Below the pieces are notes generated by a model. That model did no database searches. It was given only the letters and a program-made list of their open reading frames with translations, and was not told where the DNA came from. Below are positions 36,857 to 45,823 of a stretch of DNA of 64,000 bases, piece by piece. The position numbers and the translations under genes were made by a program. This DNA is from Dehalococcoidia bacterium (GTDB lineage Bacteria > Chloroflexota > Dehalococcoidia > UBA2979), in assembly GCA_964291495.2 (NCBI GenBank), contig OZ219872.1, positions 192,001-256,000 of the forward strand, in the 5' to 3' direction. Position 1 is the stretch's first letter; each line of letters starts with the position of its first letter.

Positions 36857-37243
36857 ATGGCGCTATCGGCAGCGGACCGACTCGAGATCCTCGATCTCGC
36901 GGCGCGCTACAACCACCTCATGGACGGCCGCGACGCTGAGGGCTGGGCGGACTGCTTCACGCCGGACGGGGTCTTCGATGGCGGCCCGCGCCTCGAGGCA
37001 AGGGGCCGCGACGAGCTGGTCGCGTTCATGGAGCGGCTGATCGCGCGTGACCTGCCCGCCGTCCACTGGACGAACAACATCGTCATCGAGGGCTCGGGGG
37101 ACAGCGCGAGCATGACGCTCTACCTGCTCGTGATAGAGCTTCGGGACGGGCCGCGCGCGACACACTTCGGCGTCTACCACGACGAGCTGGTACGGACGGC
37201 GGAGGGCTGGCGTTTCCAGAGGCGCCGCCTCGGTCACCGCTGA
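36857..37243 (+). CDS. SnoaL/NTF2-like protein
   Basis: DRLEI.DL.ARY...D, CFTPDG, HW..N.VIEG, Y.DELVRT.EGWRF..R. Confidence 0.88.
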   Translation: MALSAADRLEILDLAARYNHLMDGRDAEGWADCFTPDGVFDGGPRLEARGRDELVAFMERLIARDLPAVHWTNNIVIEGSGDSASMTLYLLVIELRDGPRATHFGVYHDELVRTAEGWRFQRRRLGHR

Positions 37244-37271
37244 GAGGCATGCACGCGGGAGAGGACTTGTG

Positions 37272-37709
37272 ATGCAGGCTGAGACGCAGACCGCCGACCG
37301 GCTCGCGATCCTGGAGCAGATCGCGCGCTACTCCTACGCCTGGGACGACCGCGACCTCGAGGCCTACGTCGCGCTCTTCGCCGCGGACGCCGCCTTCGTG
37401 GTCGACCCGGAGCTGCCCGGCGGGCCGAGCGTGGACGCGCATGGCCACGAGGCGATCCGCGCCTGGGCGAGCGAGCGCATGGACGCGCGCGCGCCCGGCG
37501 TGCAGGTGCGGCACCACCAGAGCGGGACGCTCTTCGAGGAGCTGGACGGGGACCGGGCGCGCACGCGCACGATGCTGCTCACCTCGCGGGTGGGGCCGGA
37601 CGGCGAGCCGCCCAGCAGCGGCGTCTACTACGACGAGTGGCGCCGCACCAGCGAGGGCTGGCGATTCGCCAGCCGCACCCTGCGTCACGACTTCCCGGGG
37701 ATGTTCTGA
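37272..37709 (+). CDS. SnoaL/NTF2-like protein
   Basis: DRLAI.EQIARYSYAWD.RD, RHH, GVY.DEWRRT.EGWRF; paralog of 33386-33823. Confidence 0.85.
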   Translation: MQAETQTADRLAILEQIARYSYAWDDRDLEAYVALFAADAAFVVDPELPGGPSVDAHGHEAIRAWASERMDARAPGVQVRHHQSGTLFEELDGDRARTRTMLLTSRVGPDGEPPSSGVYYDEWRRTSEGWRFASRTLRHDFPGMF

Positions 37710-37768
37710 GGGCTCACGCCGCCTCGGCGCCGCCCGCGCGCCGCCTCGCCATCGCATAGGATCGATCG

Positions 37769-40700
37769 GTGCTGCCGATTGGACCGCTGGTCGCCCTGGC
37801 GCTGGGCAGTCTCCGCGAGCAGTGGCATATCACGCTCGCGCTGCTGCTCGGCGCGCTGCTGCTGAGCGGCGCGCTCGCGGCGGTCCCGATCACCCACGAG
37901 CGGCTGCGCGACGTCGCGCTGCGCGATTCGCTGGCGACGGCCCCGCCCGGTGCGCTCGAGCTGCGCGTCAGCCGCGACGGGATCGCCCTCGACCGCGTCG
38001 CCTACCTCGACGCGCAGGCCGCCCTCGACCAGGCCGTCGCCGCTGCGCTCGGCGACGCGATCGCCGGGCAGACGCGCACCGGCGCCACGGGTGTGCTCTC
38101 GCTCGCCACCGTGCGCGGGGGCGACGGCCCGTTCCCCGATGCCGTCGACGAGACGCTCGGGCCGGCCGCGCTGCGCTTCCGCTCGGACCTCGAAGCGCAC
38201 GTCACGCTGCTGGAGGGGCGCTTCCCCGCGGCGCTTCCCCGCGGCGTCGGCGATCCGGTACCGGTGCTGGTCGCCCGCGGCAGCGCGCGCGAGGCGGGCC
38301 TGACGCCGGGCCAGGAGCTGGTGCTGATTCCGCGCTCCTCGATCACGGCAAGGTTCCCGATCGTGATCGCCGGCATCGCCGAGCCTCGCGACCCGGCGAG
38401 CCCGTACTGGAGCGGGCGACCCGGCGTGCTCGAGCAGACGACGAGCGGTGCGTTCTCCCTGTTCGTTCCGGAGACGACCTTCTTCGGCGCGCTGCCCGAC
38501 GTGCTGAGCGGGGCGAGCGCCGCGCTCGACTCGACCTACGCCGTGGACCCGGCCGCGATCCAGACCGGCGATGTCTCGGAGATCGCGGCGCGCGTCCGCG
38601 GACTGCCGCGGCAGCTCGCCGCCCTCGGGGGCGCCGAGGTCGAGAGCAGCCTCCCGCACGCGATCGAGAATGCGGCCGACCTGCCGGGCTTCGACCTGCC
38701 TGCGCTCGCGCTGCGCTTCGGGCAGATCGCTGCCGCTCTCGGGGTGCTCGTCTTCGGCGCGGCCTCGTTGCTCGCGCGGCGGCGCGAGCGACTGCGCGCC
38801 GGGCTGCGGCTGACCGGCTCGTCGCGCAACCAGATCGCCGCCGTCGAGCTGATCGCCGCCCTGCCTGCGGCGCTGCTCGCGCTCGTGGCCGGAGCGCCCG
38901 TGGCGGCGCTCGCCCTCGCCGCCCTCGGCCGCCTCGAGGGCTTCGAAGCGCTCGGCAGCTCCTTCGCGGTGACCCTCCAGCGCGACCTGCCGTGGGCGGG
39001 CGCGGGTGCGCTGGCGGTGCTCGTCCTGACCGTCACGGCGTCGGCCGCCGCGAACCGTGGGGTCGGCAGCCGCGGCGCCTGGCTGACGGCGGCGGCCGTG
39101 GGCGGCGGCGCGCTGTTCTGGGCGCTCACGCGCCACGAGACGCTGTTCGAGGGCGCGACGGTGCGCTACGCGCTGCTGCTCGCGCCCGCGGCGCTACTTG
39201 CGCCGGCGACGCTCCTCGCCTGGCGGCTCGTACCGCTGATCGTGCGGCTGCTCGCGCGGCCGGCGGCGTTCGCGCGAGGGATCGCGCTGATCGGCGGCCT
39301 GCGAGGCGTCGCGCGCCAACCGCTCGGGGTCGTCTTCCCGCTCGTGGTGCTTGCGGCTGCCGTCGCGGTGTTGCTCGCGGCGCTGCCCGGCACGCTCGAA
39401 CGCTCGCCCGCCGATCGCGCGGCGCACGCCGCCGGAGGCGATCTGCGCGCGAGCGGCTTCGCCGGCCTCGAGGGTGCGGGCGAGGCGGAGCGCCGGTCGG
39501 CGATCTTCGGCGCGGGCATGGACGCGGCCACACCGCTGGTGCGCGCCAGCGGCGTGCTCAGCCGCGAGGGCGCGAGCATGCCGATCGAGGTGCTCGGCAT
39601 CGACCCGGCCACCTTCCAGACCGTCGCGCACATGCGATCGGACCTCACCGCGGACCCGCTGCCATCCATCCTCTCCGCCCTCAGCGCGAACACGGCCGCC
39701 CTCGAAGGGCGCCCCATCCCGGCGGACACCCGCCAACTCGGCGCATGGGTGAGGCTTACGGACACGAGCGGCGAGGTGCGCATCGCGCTCTCGCTGCGCA
39801 ACGCCAAGGGACGCTACGTGCAGCTGATGCTGGGCGTCACCGACGCCGACCCCGGCCTCGGGCGCTGGAGGTTCCACGCGGCCGATCTTGAGACGCCGCT
39901 CGATCCCGAGGGCGCCGCCATCGCAAGCGCCTCACTCGCCGGGCCGCTCACGCTGCACGGCTACTACCTGCTGCTCGGCGATGCGGCCGCCGCGACGCCC
40001 GGCAGCGCGCTGCTCGGACCGGTGCTCGCCACGCCGGATCCGCCGGCCGCGCCGCGCGACAGCGTCGGCCTCCTCAAGAGCGCCGGCGAGGCGTTCGGGC
40101 AGCGCTCGATCGTTTACGGCATGGTCAGCCTCGAGGACCTCGAACCGATGACGGGCTTCGCCGCCGGCGGAGCGCAGGTGATCGCGCGGAGCACCCGCGC
40201 CGCTCCGCCCGGCATTCGCGGATCGCAGCACCTGGACTGGGGCGTCGCGGATGAGGCGGGCGCGTCCGCGATGCGCGGACTGCGTCAGAAGACGGACGGC
40301 GCGCCCGTGCTCGTCTACGCCTCGCGCGCCGCGGTCGAGGAGCTTGCGATCGAGCCGGGCGAGGAGCTGACGCTCACCGTTGGCGGGGAGGACCTGCGCG
40401 CGCAGCTGGCGGGCGCGCTGGAGGGCTTCCCGACGTTCGCGGCCGGCTCGTCCTTCGTCGTCGCGGGCCTGGACCGGCTGCTGGCCGGGGTCAACGCCTC
40501 TCCACGCGCCGATCCGCTGGCGACGAACGAGGCATGGTTCGCCAGCGGCGCGCCGGCGCGCGCCGCCCCCGAGCTTCGCGGCGCGCCGCTCGAGGCGGGC
40601 ACGGTGATCGAGCGCGAATCGATGCGCGCCGCCCTCGGCAGGGAGCAGGCCGCGGCGCTCGGTTGGCGCACCGTGCTCACGCTCGCCTTCGGCACGTTGG

Positions 40701-41098
40701 TCATCGCGGCGCTTGCGGGCGTGCTGCTCGACATCGCGATGCGCCGGGAGCAGCGCGAAGCCGAGCATGCGGCGATCGACGCGCTTGGCGGCAGGGCAAC
40801 GGGCTGGCTCGGCGGGGTCGCTGGCGAGACGCTGATCCGCCTCGGCGCCGCGGCTGCGGTGGGCGTGGCCGGCGGCATCGTGTTGGCGCGCTGGCTGCTC
40901 GCGATCCTCGCGCGCGACGCGAGCGCGAGGCTGATCGAGCCGCCGCTGCGCTTGCAACTGGAGCCCGCGCCGCTCTGGATCGCCGCCGCCGCGCTCGCGG
41001 CGGGCGTCGTTGTGACCGTGACCACGGCGGCGCTACGGTATCGAGGGCGCGTCGTGCGGCCGGCGGCGGCCCGCGCCGTGCCCGCCGGGGAGGCCTGA
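37769..41098 (+). CDS. Large FtsX-like ABC permease (two permease halves, large extracytoplasmic loops)
   Basis: TM clusters, GL RLTG.SR.Q and ALGG motifs; followed by two ABC ATPases. Confidence 0.75.
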   Translation: MLPIGPLVALALGSLREQWHITLALLLGALLLSGALAAVPITHERLRDVALRDSLATAPPGALELRVSRDGIALDRVAYLDAQAALDQAVAAALGDAIAGQTRTGATGVLSLATVRGGDGPFPDAVDETLGPAALRFRSDLEAHVTLLEGRFPAALPRGVGDPVPVLVARGSAREAGLTPGQELVLIPRSSITARFPIVIAGIAEPRDPASPYWSGRPGVLEQTTSGAFSLFVPETTFFGALPDVLSGASAALDSTYAVDPAAIQTGDVSEIAARVRGLPRQLAALGGAEVESSLPHAIENAADLPGFDLPALALRFGQIAAALGVLVFGAASLLARRRERLRAGLRLTGSSRNQIAAVELIAALPAALLALVAGAPVAALALAALGRLEGFEALGSSFAVTLQRDLPWAGAGALAVLVLTVTASAAANRGVGSRGAWLTAAAVGGGALFWALTRHETLFEGATVRYALLLAPAALLAPATLLAWRLVPLIVRLLARPAAFARGIALIGGLRGVARQPLGVVFPLVVLAAAVAVLLAALPGTLERSPADRAAHAAGGDLRASGFAGLEGAGEAERRSAIFGAGMDAATPLVRASGVLSREGASMPIEVLGIDPATFQTVAHMRSDLTADPLPSILSALSANTAALEGRPIPADTRQLGAWVRLTDTSGEVRIALSLRNAKGRYVQLMLGVTDADPGLGRWRFHAADLETPLDPEGAAIASASLAGPLTLHGYYLLLGDAAAATPGSALLGPVLATPDPPAAPRDSVGLLKSAGEAFGQRSIVYGMVSLEDLEPMTGFAAGGAQVIARSTRAAPPGIRGSQHLDWGVADEAGASAMRGLRQKTDGAPVLVYASRAAVEELAIEPGEELTLTVGGEDLRAQLAGALEGFPTFAAGSSFVVAGLDRLLAGVNASPRADPLATNEAWFASGAPARAAPELRGAPLEAGTVIERESMRAALGREQAAALGWRTVLTLAFGTLVIAALAGVLLDIAMRREQREAEHAAIDALGGRATGWLGGVAGETLIRLGAAAAVGVAGGIVLARWLLAILARDASARLIEPPLRLQLEPAPLWIAAAALAAGVVVTVTTAALRYRGRVVRPAAARAVPAGEA

Positions 41099-41099
41099 G

Positions 41100-42014
41100 A
41101 TGGCCGCAGCAGCAGAGCCGATCGCCGACGTGGGCCTCGCGAGCCACGTCGAGTGCAGCGGACTCACGCTGGAGGCCGCGAACGGGCGCGGATTCGCCCT
41201 CCGGGAGCTGTCCTTCACGCTCGAACGCGGCGCGCTGCGACCGCTGCTCGGCCCCGCCGGCGCGGGCAAGAGCGCGCTGCTGCGCGTGATCGCCGGGCTC
41301 GTCCGCCCGCACTCGGGACGCGTCCGTGTCGACGGCCTCGAGCTCTCGCTCGCGAGCGATGCGGAACTGCGCGAGTTGCGCCGCGGCTCGGTCGCTCTCG
41401 CGAGCAGCGCCGGCCCGGCGCTCCGGGGCAGCGTCACCTCGAACGTCGAGCTGCCGCTCCGGCTGACTGGCGTCCCGGTGGGTCGCGCCCGGCGGCGCGC
41501 CGCCGATCTGCTGGCGCTCGCCGGCCTCGATGAGATGGCGGCCGTGCGCGCGGAGCGGCTGCCGCCGCTTGCCTCGATCCGGACGGCGATCGCCGTCGCG
41601 CTGGCGCACGAGCCGGGCCTGCTCCTGCTGGACGAGCCGGCGGCCGCGCTGAACCTGGACGAGCGCGAGGAGCTGATCGACGTGCTGCGGCGGCTGCACC
41701 GCAACCTGGGACTGACGATCCTCATCGCCACCCGCGACGCCTCCCTCGCCCGGCGGGTCGGCGGCGAGGCGCGGATGCGCGAGGGCCGGATCATCTCGGA
41801 GCTGGTGCGCCGCTCCGCCTTCTCCCGCGGCGAGGGCGAGCGCACCGACGAGCTCGCCATCCTCGACCGCGAGGGACGCGTCGAGATCGCGCCGGCCGAG
41901 CGCGAGGCGCTCGGCATCGGGCGGCGCGCGCGCGTCACGAACGAGGGCGACCACGTCGGCGTCTGGCCCGACCGCCCGCCGCCGGACCCGCGGCCACCCT
42001 GGAGACGCCGGTGA
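41100..42014 (+). CDS. ABC ATP-binding protein (degenerate signature) with C-terminal AbrB-like extension
   Basis: Walker A GPAGAGKS, Walker B LLLLDEP; C-terminal LDREGRVEI..ALGI..R motif. Confidence 0.8.
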   Translation: MAAAAEPIADVGLASHVECSGLTLEAANGRGFALRELSFTLERGALRPLLGPAGAGKSALLRVIAGLVRPHSGRVRVDGLELSLASDAELRELRRGSVALASSAGPALRGSVTSNVELPLRLTGVPVGRARRRAADLLALAGLDEMAAVRAERLPPLASIRTAIAVALAHEPGLLLLDEPAAALNLDEREELIDVLRRLHRNLGLTILIATRDASLARRVGGEARMREGRIISELVRRSAFSRGEGERTDELAILDREGRVEIAPAEREALGIGRRARVTNEGDHVGVWPDRPPPDPRPPWRRR

Positions 42015-42763
42015 TGTCCGACGAGCCGCTGATCGCCATCGAGGGCGTCTCGCTCGCGTATCGCACGCGCGACTACACGCGGCAGGCGTTGCGCGGGGCC
42101 GGCCTCACGGCGCGGGCAGGCGATATCGTGACCATCGAGGGCCCGCCGGGCGCCGGGAAGACCTCGCTGCTGCGCGTCGCCGCCGGGCTGCTCGAGCCGG
42201 ACGAGGGCACGGTCCGCTTCGAGAGTGAGGACCTGGCCGCGCTGGGGTCCTCGGGGCGGCGCGCGCTGCGCGCGGGTCCGATTGCCGTGCTACTGGAGGG
42301 CGGCGGGTTGCTTCCGACGCTCGCCGTCGCAGAGCAGGTCGACCTCGCGTTGCGCATCGCGGGCCTCGGGAGGCGCGAGCGCGCGGCTCGGCGAGGCGAG
42401 CAGCTCGCGGCGACCGGCATCGCGCACCTCGCCGCGCGCCGTCCTCACGAGCTGACGCCGAGCGAGCGCGCGCTGGCCGCGCTGGCGCGCGCCATGGCGG
42501 TCGAGCCGCGCCTGCTCCTCGCCGACGAGCCCGCCGCCGCGATGGACGCCGAGGCGGTGGCGACGCTGGAGCGGCAACTCGCGCTGCTCACGGCCCGCGG
42601 CGGAGCGGCGCTGCTCACGACGAACATCGAGGCAGCGGGCGCCGTCGCCGCGCATCGGCTCGCCATCGAGGATGGCCGGCTGCGTCCGGCAACCCCGTTC
42701 GCCGAGGCGCCCGGCGCGCTACCCATGACCGGGCCCGCGCCCGGCGGGCAGGCCGCGGGCTAG
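42014..42763 (+). CDS. ABC ATP-binding protein (LolD-like, degenerate)
   Basis: Walker A GPPGAGKT, Walker B LLLADEP. Confidence 0.8.
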   Translation: MSDEPLIAIEGVSLAYRTRDYTRQALRGAGLTARAGDIVTIEGPPGAGKTSLLRVAAGLLEPDEGTVRFESEDLAALGSSGRRALRAGPIAVLLEGGGLLPTLAVAEQVDLALRIAGLGRRERAARRGEQLAATGIAHLAARRPHELTPSERALAALARAMAVEPRLLLADEPAAAMDAEAVATLERQLALLTARGGAALLTTNIEAAGAVAAHRLAIEDGRLRPATPFAEAPGALPMTGPAPGGQAAG

Positions 42764-42769
42764 CGCGCG

Positions 42770-43351
42770 ATGACCGCGACCGTGCTGCACCTGGTGGTCG
42801 CGGGCCTGCGTGACGAAGTGGGCGCGGCGGAACGCGACGAGCTCGCCGCGCTCGCCGGCGCGCTCGCCTCCGCCGAGGGCGTGCGGGCCACCCTCGCCGC
42901 CTGCTCCCGACGCGAGCTGATCACGGCGACCTGGCTGGGCTCCGCGGACGACCTCGAGGCGTTCGCCTCATCGGCGCCGCACCTGCGCTTCGTGCTCGAG
43001 GGCGTCGCACGGCACTCCACGGGGATGTGGAGCGCGGCGGCGAGCGTGGACGCCGGGCCGCCGCCCGATCCCGCCGATCTCGCTGCGCTCTGGGCCTTCG
43101 GGCTCCCCGCGGAGCCGCCCGCCTTCGAGTGGCAGGTGCGCGATCTGCTGGCGGAGATCGACGCGCTCCCGGGCCGGGCAGCCGCCGGACCGACCACCGA
43201 GGAGCGCGAGCGCTTCCGCGCCGCGGGCGTCGTCCTCGTAGCCACTGAGCAGTCGCAGCAGTTCGCTCAGGCGCTCGGCGAGGCGCGTTCCTCGTGGGGT
43301 GAGCTCGGCGAGAGCCTGCGCGAGGCGCAGGCCCCGCTGCTCGGCTCGTAG
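42770..43351 (+). CDS. Hypothetical protein (possibly Dabb/ferredoxin-like barrel)
   Basis: Co-oriented 6 nt after the ABC operon; HLVV...L and S.DDLEAF....PH pattern. Confidence 0.5.
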   Translation: MTATVLHLVVAGLRDEVGAAERDELAALAGALASAEGVRATLAACSRRELITATWLGSADDLEAFASSAPHLRFVLEGVARHSTGMWSAAASVDAGPPPDPADLAALWAFGLPAEPPAFEWQVRDLLAEIDALPGRAAAGPTTEERERFRAAGVVLVATEQSQQFAQALGEARSSWGELGESLREAQAPLLGS

Positions 43352-43364
43352 CAGCGCGACGCGC

Positions 43365-44111
43365 TCAGCGCCCGCCCGTCTCGACGAGGCGCAGGAACAG
43401 TGTCCCGTTGTCCCACTGCACGACCTCGTGCGGAGGCTCGACGTGGATCCAGGCGATGCGCGTATCGCGGCCATTGCGCACCTGCAGCCGCCACGTCTCG
43501 AACGAACCGGCAGGCACCTCGATGGTCTGGCGGTCGACCAGCACGAGGCGCGCCGTGACCTGCGACGCATCGCGCGGGTTGACCGAGACGTAGTTCGCCT
43601 CGAAGCCGTCGGCGAGTGCAATCGTGCGCCAGATCCAGAGCGAGGACTGGCTGTCGTAGTGGTGCTCGCGCAGCTTGAGCTCGCGCGTGCGTTCGCTCTC
43701 GCCGCTGCGCTGCGTGACGACGAGCTGCGGCTCGCCGCCCCCGGCCTCGTAGCGCCCCATGTACCACTCGTCGTCCGTGGGCTCGCGCCGCTGGATCGAG
43801 CGCTCGGAGATGCGCGGTTTGAGCGTGGCCGCATCCACGACGACCGTCGCGACGTCGATGATCGGTCGCTCGCCCGAGGGCGTCTCTATCTCCTCGTAGA
43901 TCTGCACGAGCCCGAAGGCATCGTCCTGCGCCGTGGTGGTGAACACGCCGTGGCCGACGACCGCGCCGTCGGCGTCGACCAGCTCGTACACCAGGCGCTC
44001 GCCGTCGGCGAAGGGCACGGAGCGGACGATGTCCTCGGTGTCCCCGCCGCCCGCGCCGCCGCTCGCGCAGGCTGTCCCGAGCACGACCAGCAGCGCCGCG
44101 ACCAAGCGCAT
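43365..44111 (-). CDS. Lipoprotein (DUF3108-like)
   Basis: Signal peptide with LGTAC lipobox; PF.DGERLVY and I.VPAG.FETW motifs. Confidence 0.7.
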   Translation of the reverse strand: MRLVAALLVVLGTACASGGAGGGDTEDIVRSVPFADGERLVYELVDADGAVVGHGVFTTTAQDDAFGLVQIYEEIETPSGERPIIDVATVVVDAATLKPRISERSIQRREPTDDEWYMGRYEAGGGEPQLVVTQRSGESERTRELKLREHHYDSQSSLWIWRTIALADGFEANYVSVNPRDASQVTARLVLVDRQTIEVPAGSFETWRLQVRNGRDTRIAWIHVEPPHEVVQWDNGTLFLRLVETGGR

Positions 44112-44204
44112 CCACACGCAGCTACTCCCAACGCCGAGGCCGGAACGGGCCGCCGTGGAGGCTAGCAGAGGGGACGGTTGAGATCGCCGTGCCGGAGTTG
44201 CGGA

Positions 44205-44654
44205 CTACGTGGTGGGAGCGCTCTCCCAGAGGGACTCGTAGCCCTCGCCGCCGATGATCGCCGAGACGACCTCGGCGCGCTCGGCGGAGCGGACCTCGTC
44301 GAAGACCTCGCCGCAGCGCCGGGCGAGCGCGGCCCCGCCCAGCTCGAACATGCGCTGCTCGAGCCGCTGCCAGAGTCCGGCATCGCGCATCACCTCGATG
44401 TAGCGAGGCCAGCTGAGGACGGTGATCTGGTCCGGCAGCGGAACGCCGGGGCGCAGCTTCTGCAGGTAGCGGTAGCGCTCCTCGGCCGAGGAGACGGGCG
44501 GCACGAGGCGCAGCTGCGGGCTGTCCTCGGCCGACTCGCGTGTGTCCACGAGCAGGCGCTGCGGGATGACGTGGAAGCGGATGATCAGGACGCCGGCCTC
44601 GTCGATGACGCGGCCCATCTCTTCGATGTCGAGTCCGCTGAACTCGCCTGGCAT
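44205..44654 (-). CDS. Hypothetical protein
   Basis: 149-aa ORF with host-like codon usage; TACGCT box 7 nt upstream. Confidence 0.7.
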   Translation of the reverse strand: MPGEFSGLDIEEMGRVIDEAGVLIIRFHVIPQRLLVDTRESAEDSPQLRLVPPVSSAEERYRYLQKLRPGVPLPDQITVLSWPRYIEVMRDAGLWQRLEQRMFELGGAALARRCGEVFDEVRSAERAEVVSAIIGGEGYESLWESAPTT

Positions 44655-44748
44655 CGCAGGAAGCGTAGCAAACGTCGCGGGGCATTCACAACGGGGGGCG
44701 GCGCGAGGGCGGCGCTCTGGCGTCGTCTGGCCTCGCTTCCGCGGGGCG

Positions 44749-45533
44749 TTATGCCGGGATCTGGTAGGTGCGGTCCAGGTACGGGATGTTGATCAGCCCG
44801 CTCATCTGCAGCCCGAGCGCGATCAGCAGCACTCCCCCGATCCGCGTCGCCGTGTCGAGGTGCTGCTGCACCTGGCCGCCGAGGAACCCGGCGGAAGCGC
44901 CGACGAAGGCGAACACCAGCGTGAAGCCGACGACGAAGACGACCGAGTGGATGAACATCTGCCGCCGCGCCGAGATCGAGCTCCCGGCCAGCTGGAACAC
45001 CTCGCCCGCGAGGTTCGCGAGGTAGACGGGCACGAGCGGCAGCACGCACGGCGAGAGGAACGAGACCATGCCCCGACGAAGGCGATCGCCGGGCCGGCGA
45101 CGCCGTCCGTGCCCTGCGAGAGGTTTTCCTCGGCGCTGGCCGTCTGATCGAAGAGGAAGCCAAACGACTGGAAGTAGGTGTTGAGCCGGCCGAACTCACC
45201 GAGCAGCATCAGCGCGCCGACGACGATGAACAGCGCACCGCTCACTGCCATCAGGCCCGGCATGTACGGCTGCAGCTTCCGCACCCTGGGCGCGAACCAG
45301 CCGAACGCCGCCCCGAAGGCGAGGAACCAGACCCCGAGGCCAAGCGAGTAGAAGACGAGCAGCAGCGCGCCCTGCGCCGCCGTCCCGGATGTCGCCGCGA
45401 GCGTCAGCACCACCCCGAGGATCGGCCCGATGCAGGGCGACCACGCGATCGAGAACGCGGCGCCGATGGCGAACGAGCGCGGGTAGCCGCTGCGGTACCA
45501 GGGAGACGGAGCCGAACCGGCCGCTGCCGTCAT
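44749..45533 (-). CDS. ccdA: CcdA/DsbD-beta thiol-disulfide transporter, circularly permuted, with a -1 frameshift at 45071-45074
   Basis: WSPCIGPILG half precedes SFLSPCVLPLVP half; adding one G restores AFVGGMVSFLSPC in one frame. Confidence 0.8.
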
Positions 45534-45538
45534 TGGCG

Positions 45539-45751
45539 TTACTCCTCTTCTCCGGGGTCGGGAATGCCGAGCAGGCGGCGGCGCGCCATGTCGTAGCGAT
45601 CCTTGGCGGTGGCCTCGCGGTTGAGCAGTCCCTTGAGCTTCGACGGGTGCAACGGCTCGCCCTCGAGCAGTACGGCGTGCACCTGATCGAGCTGCTTGCG
45701 CCAGCCCTCCCAGGCGTTGCGGTAGGCGACCTGCGGCGTCTCCTCGCTCAT
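45539..45751 (-). CDS. Small hypothetical protein (70 aa)
   Basis: TACACT box 6 nt upstream; stop 5 nt before ccdA start; its end provides the GAGGAG RBS for ccdA. Confidence 0.7.
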   Translation of the reverse strand: MSEETPQVAYRNAWEGWRKQLDQVHAVLLEGEPLHPSKLKGLLNREATAKDRYDMARRRLLGIPDPGEEE

Positions 45752-45823
45752 GGATCCAGTGTATCCGAGACGACGCTTCTGGACGCCCTCGCGATGGGGC
45801 GGATCGCCCGGTCTGGAGCCCAG

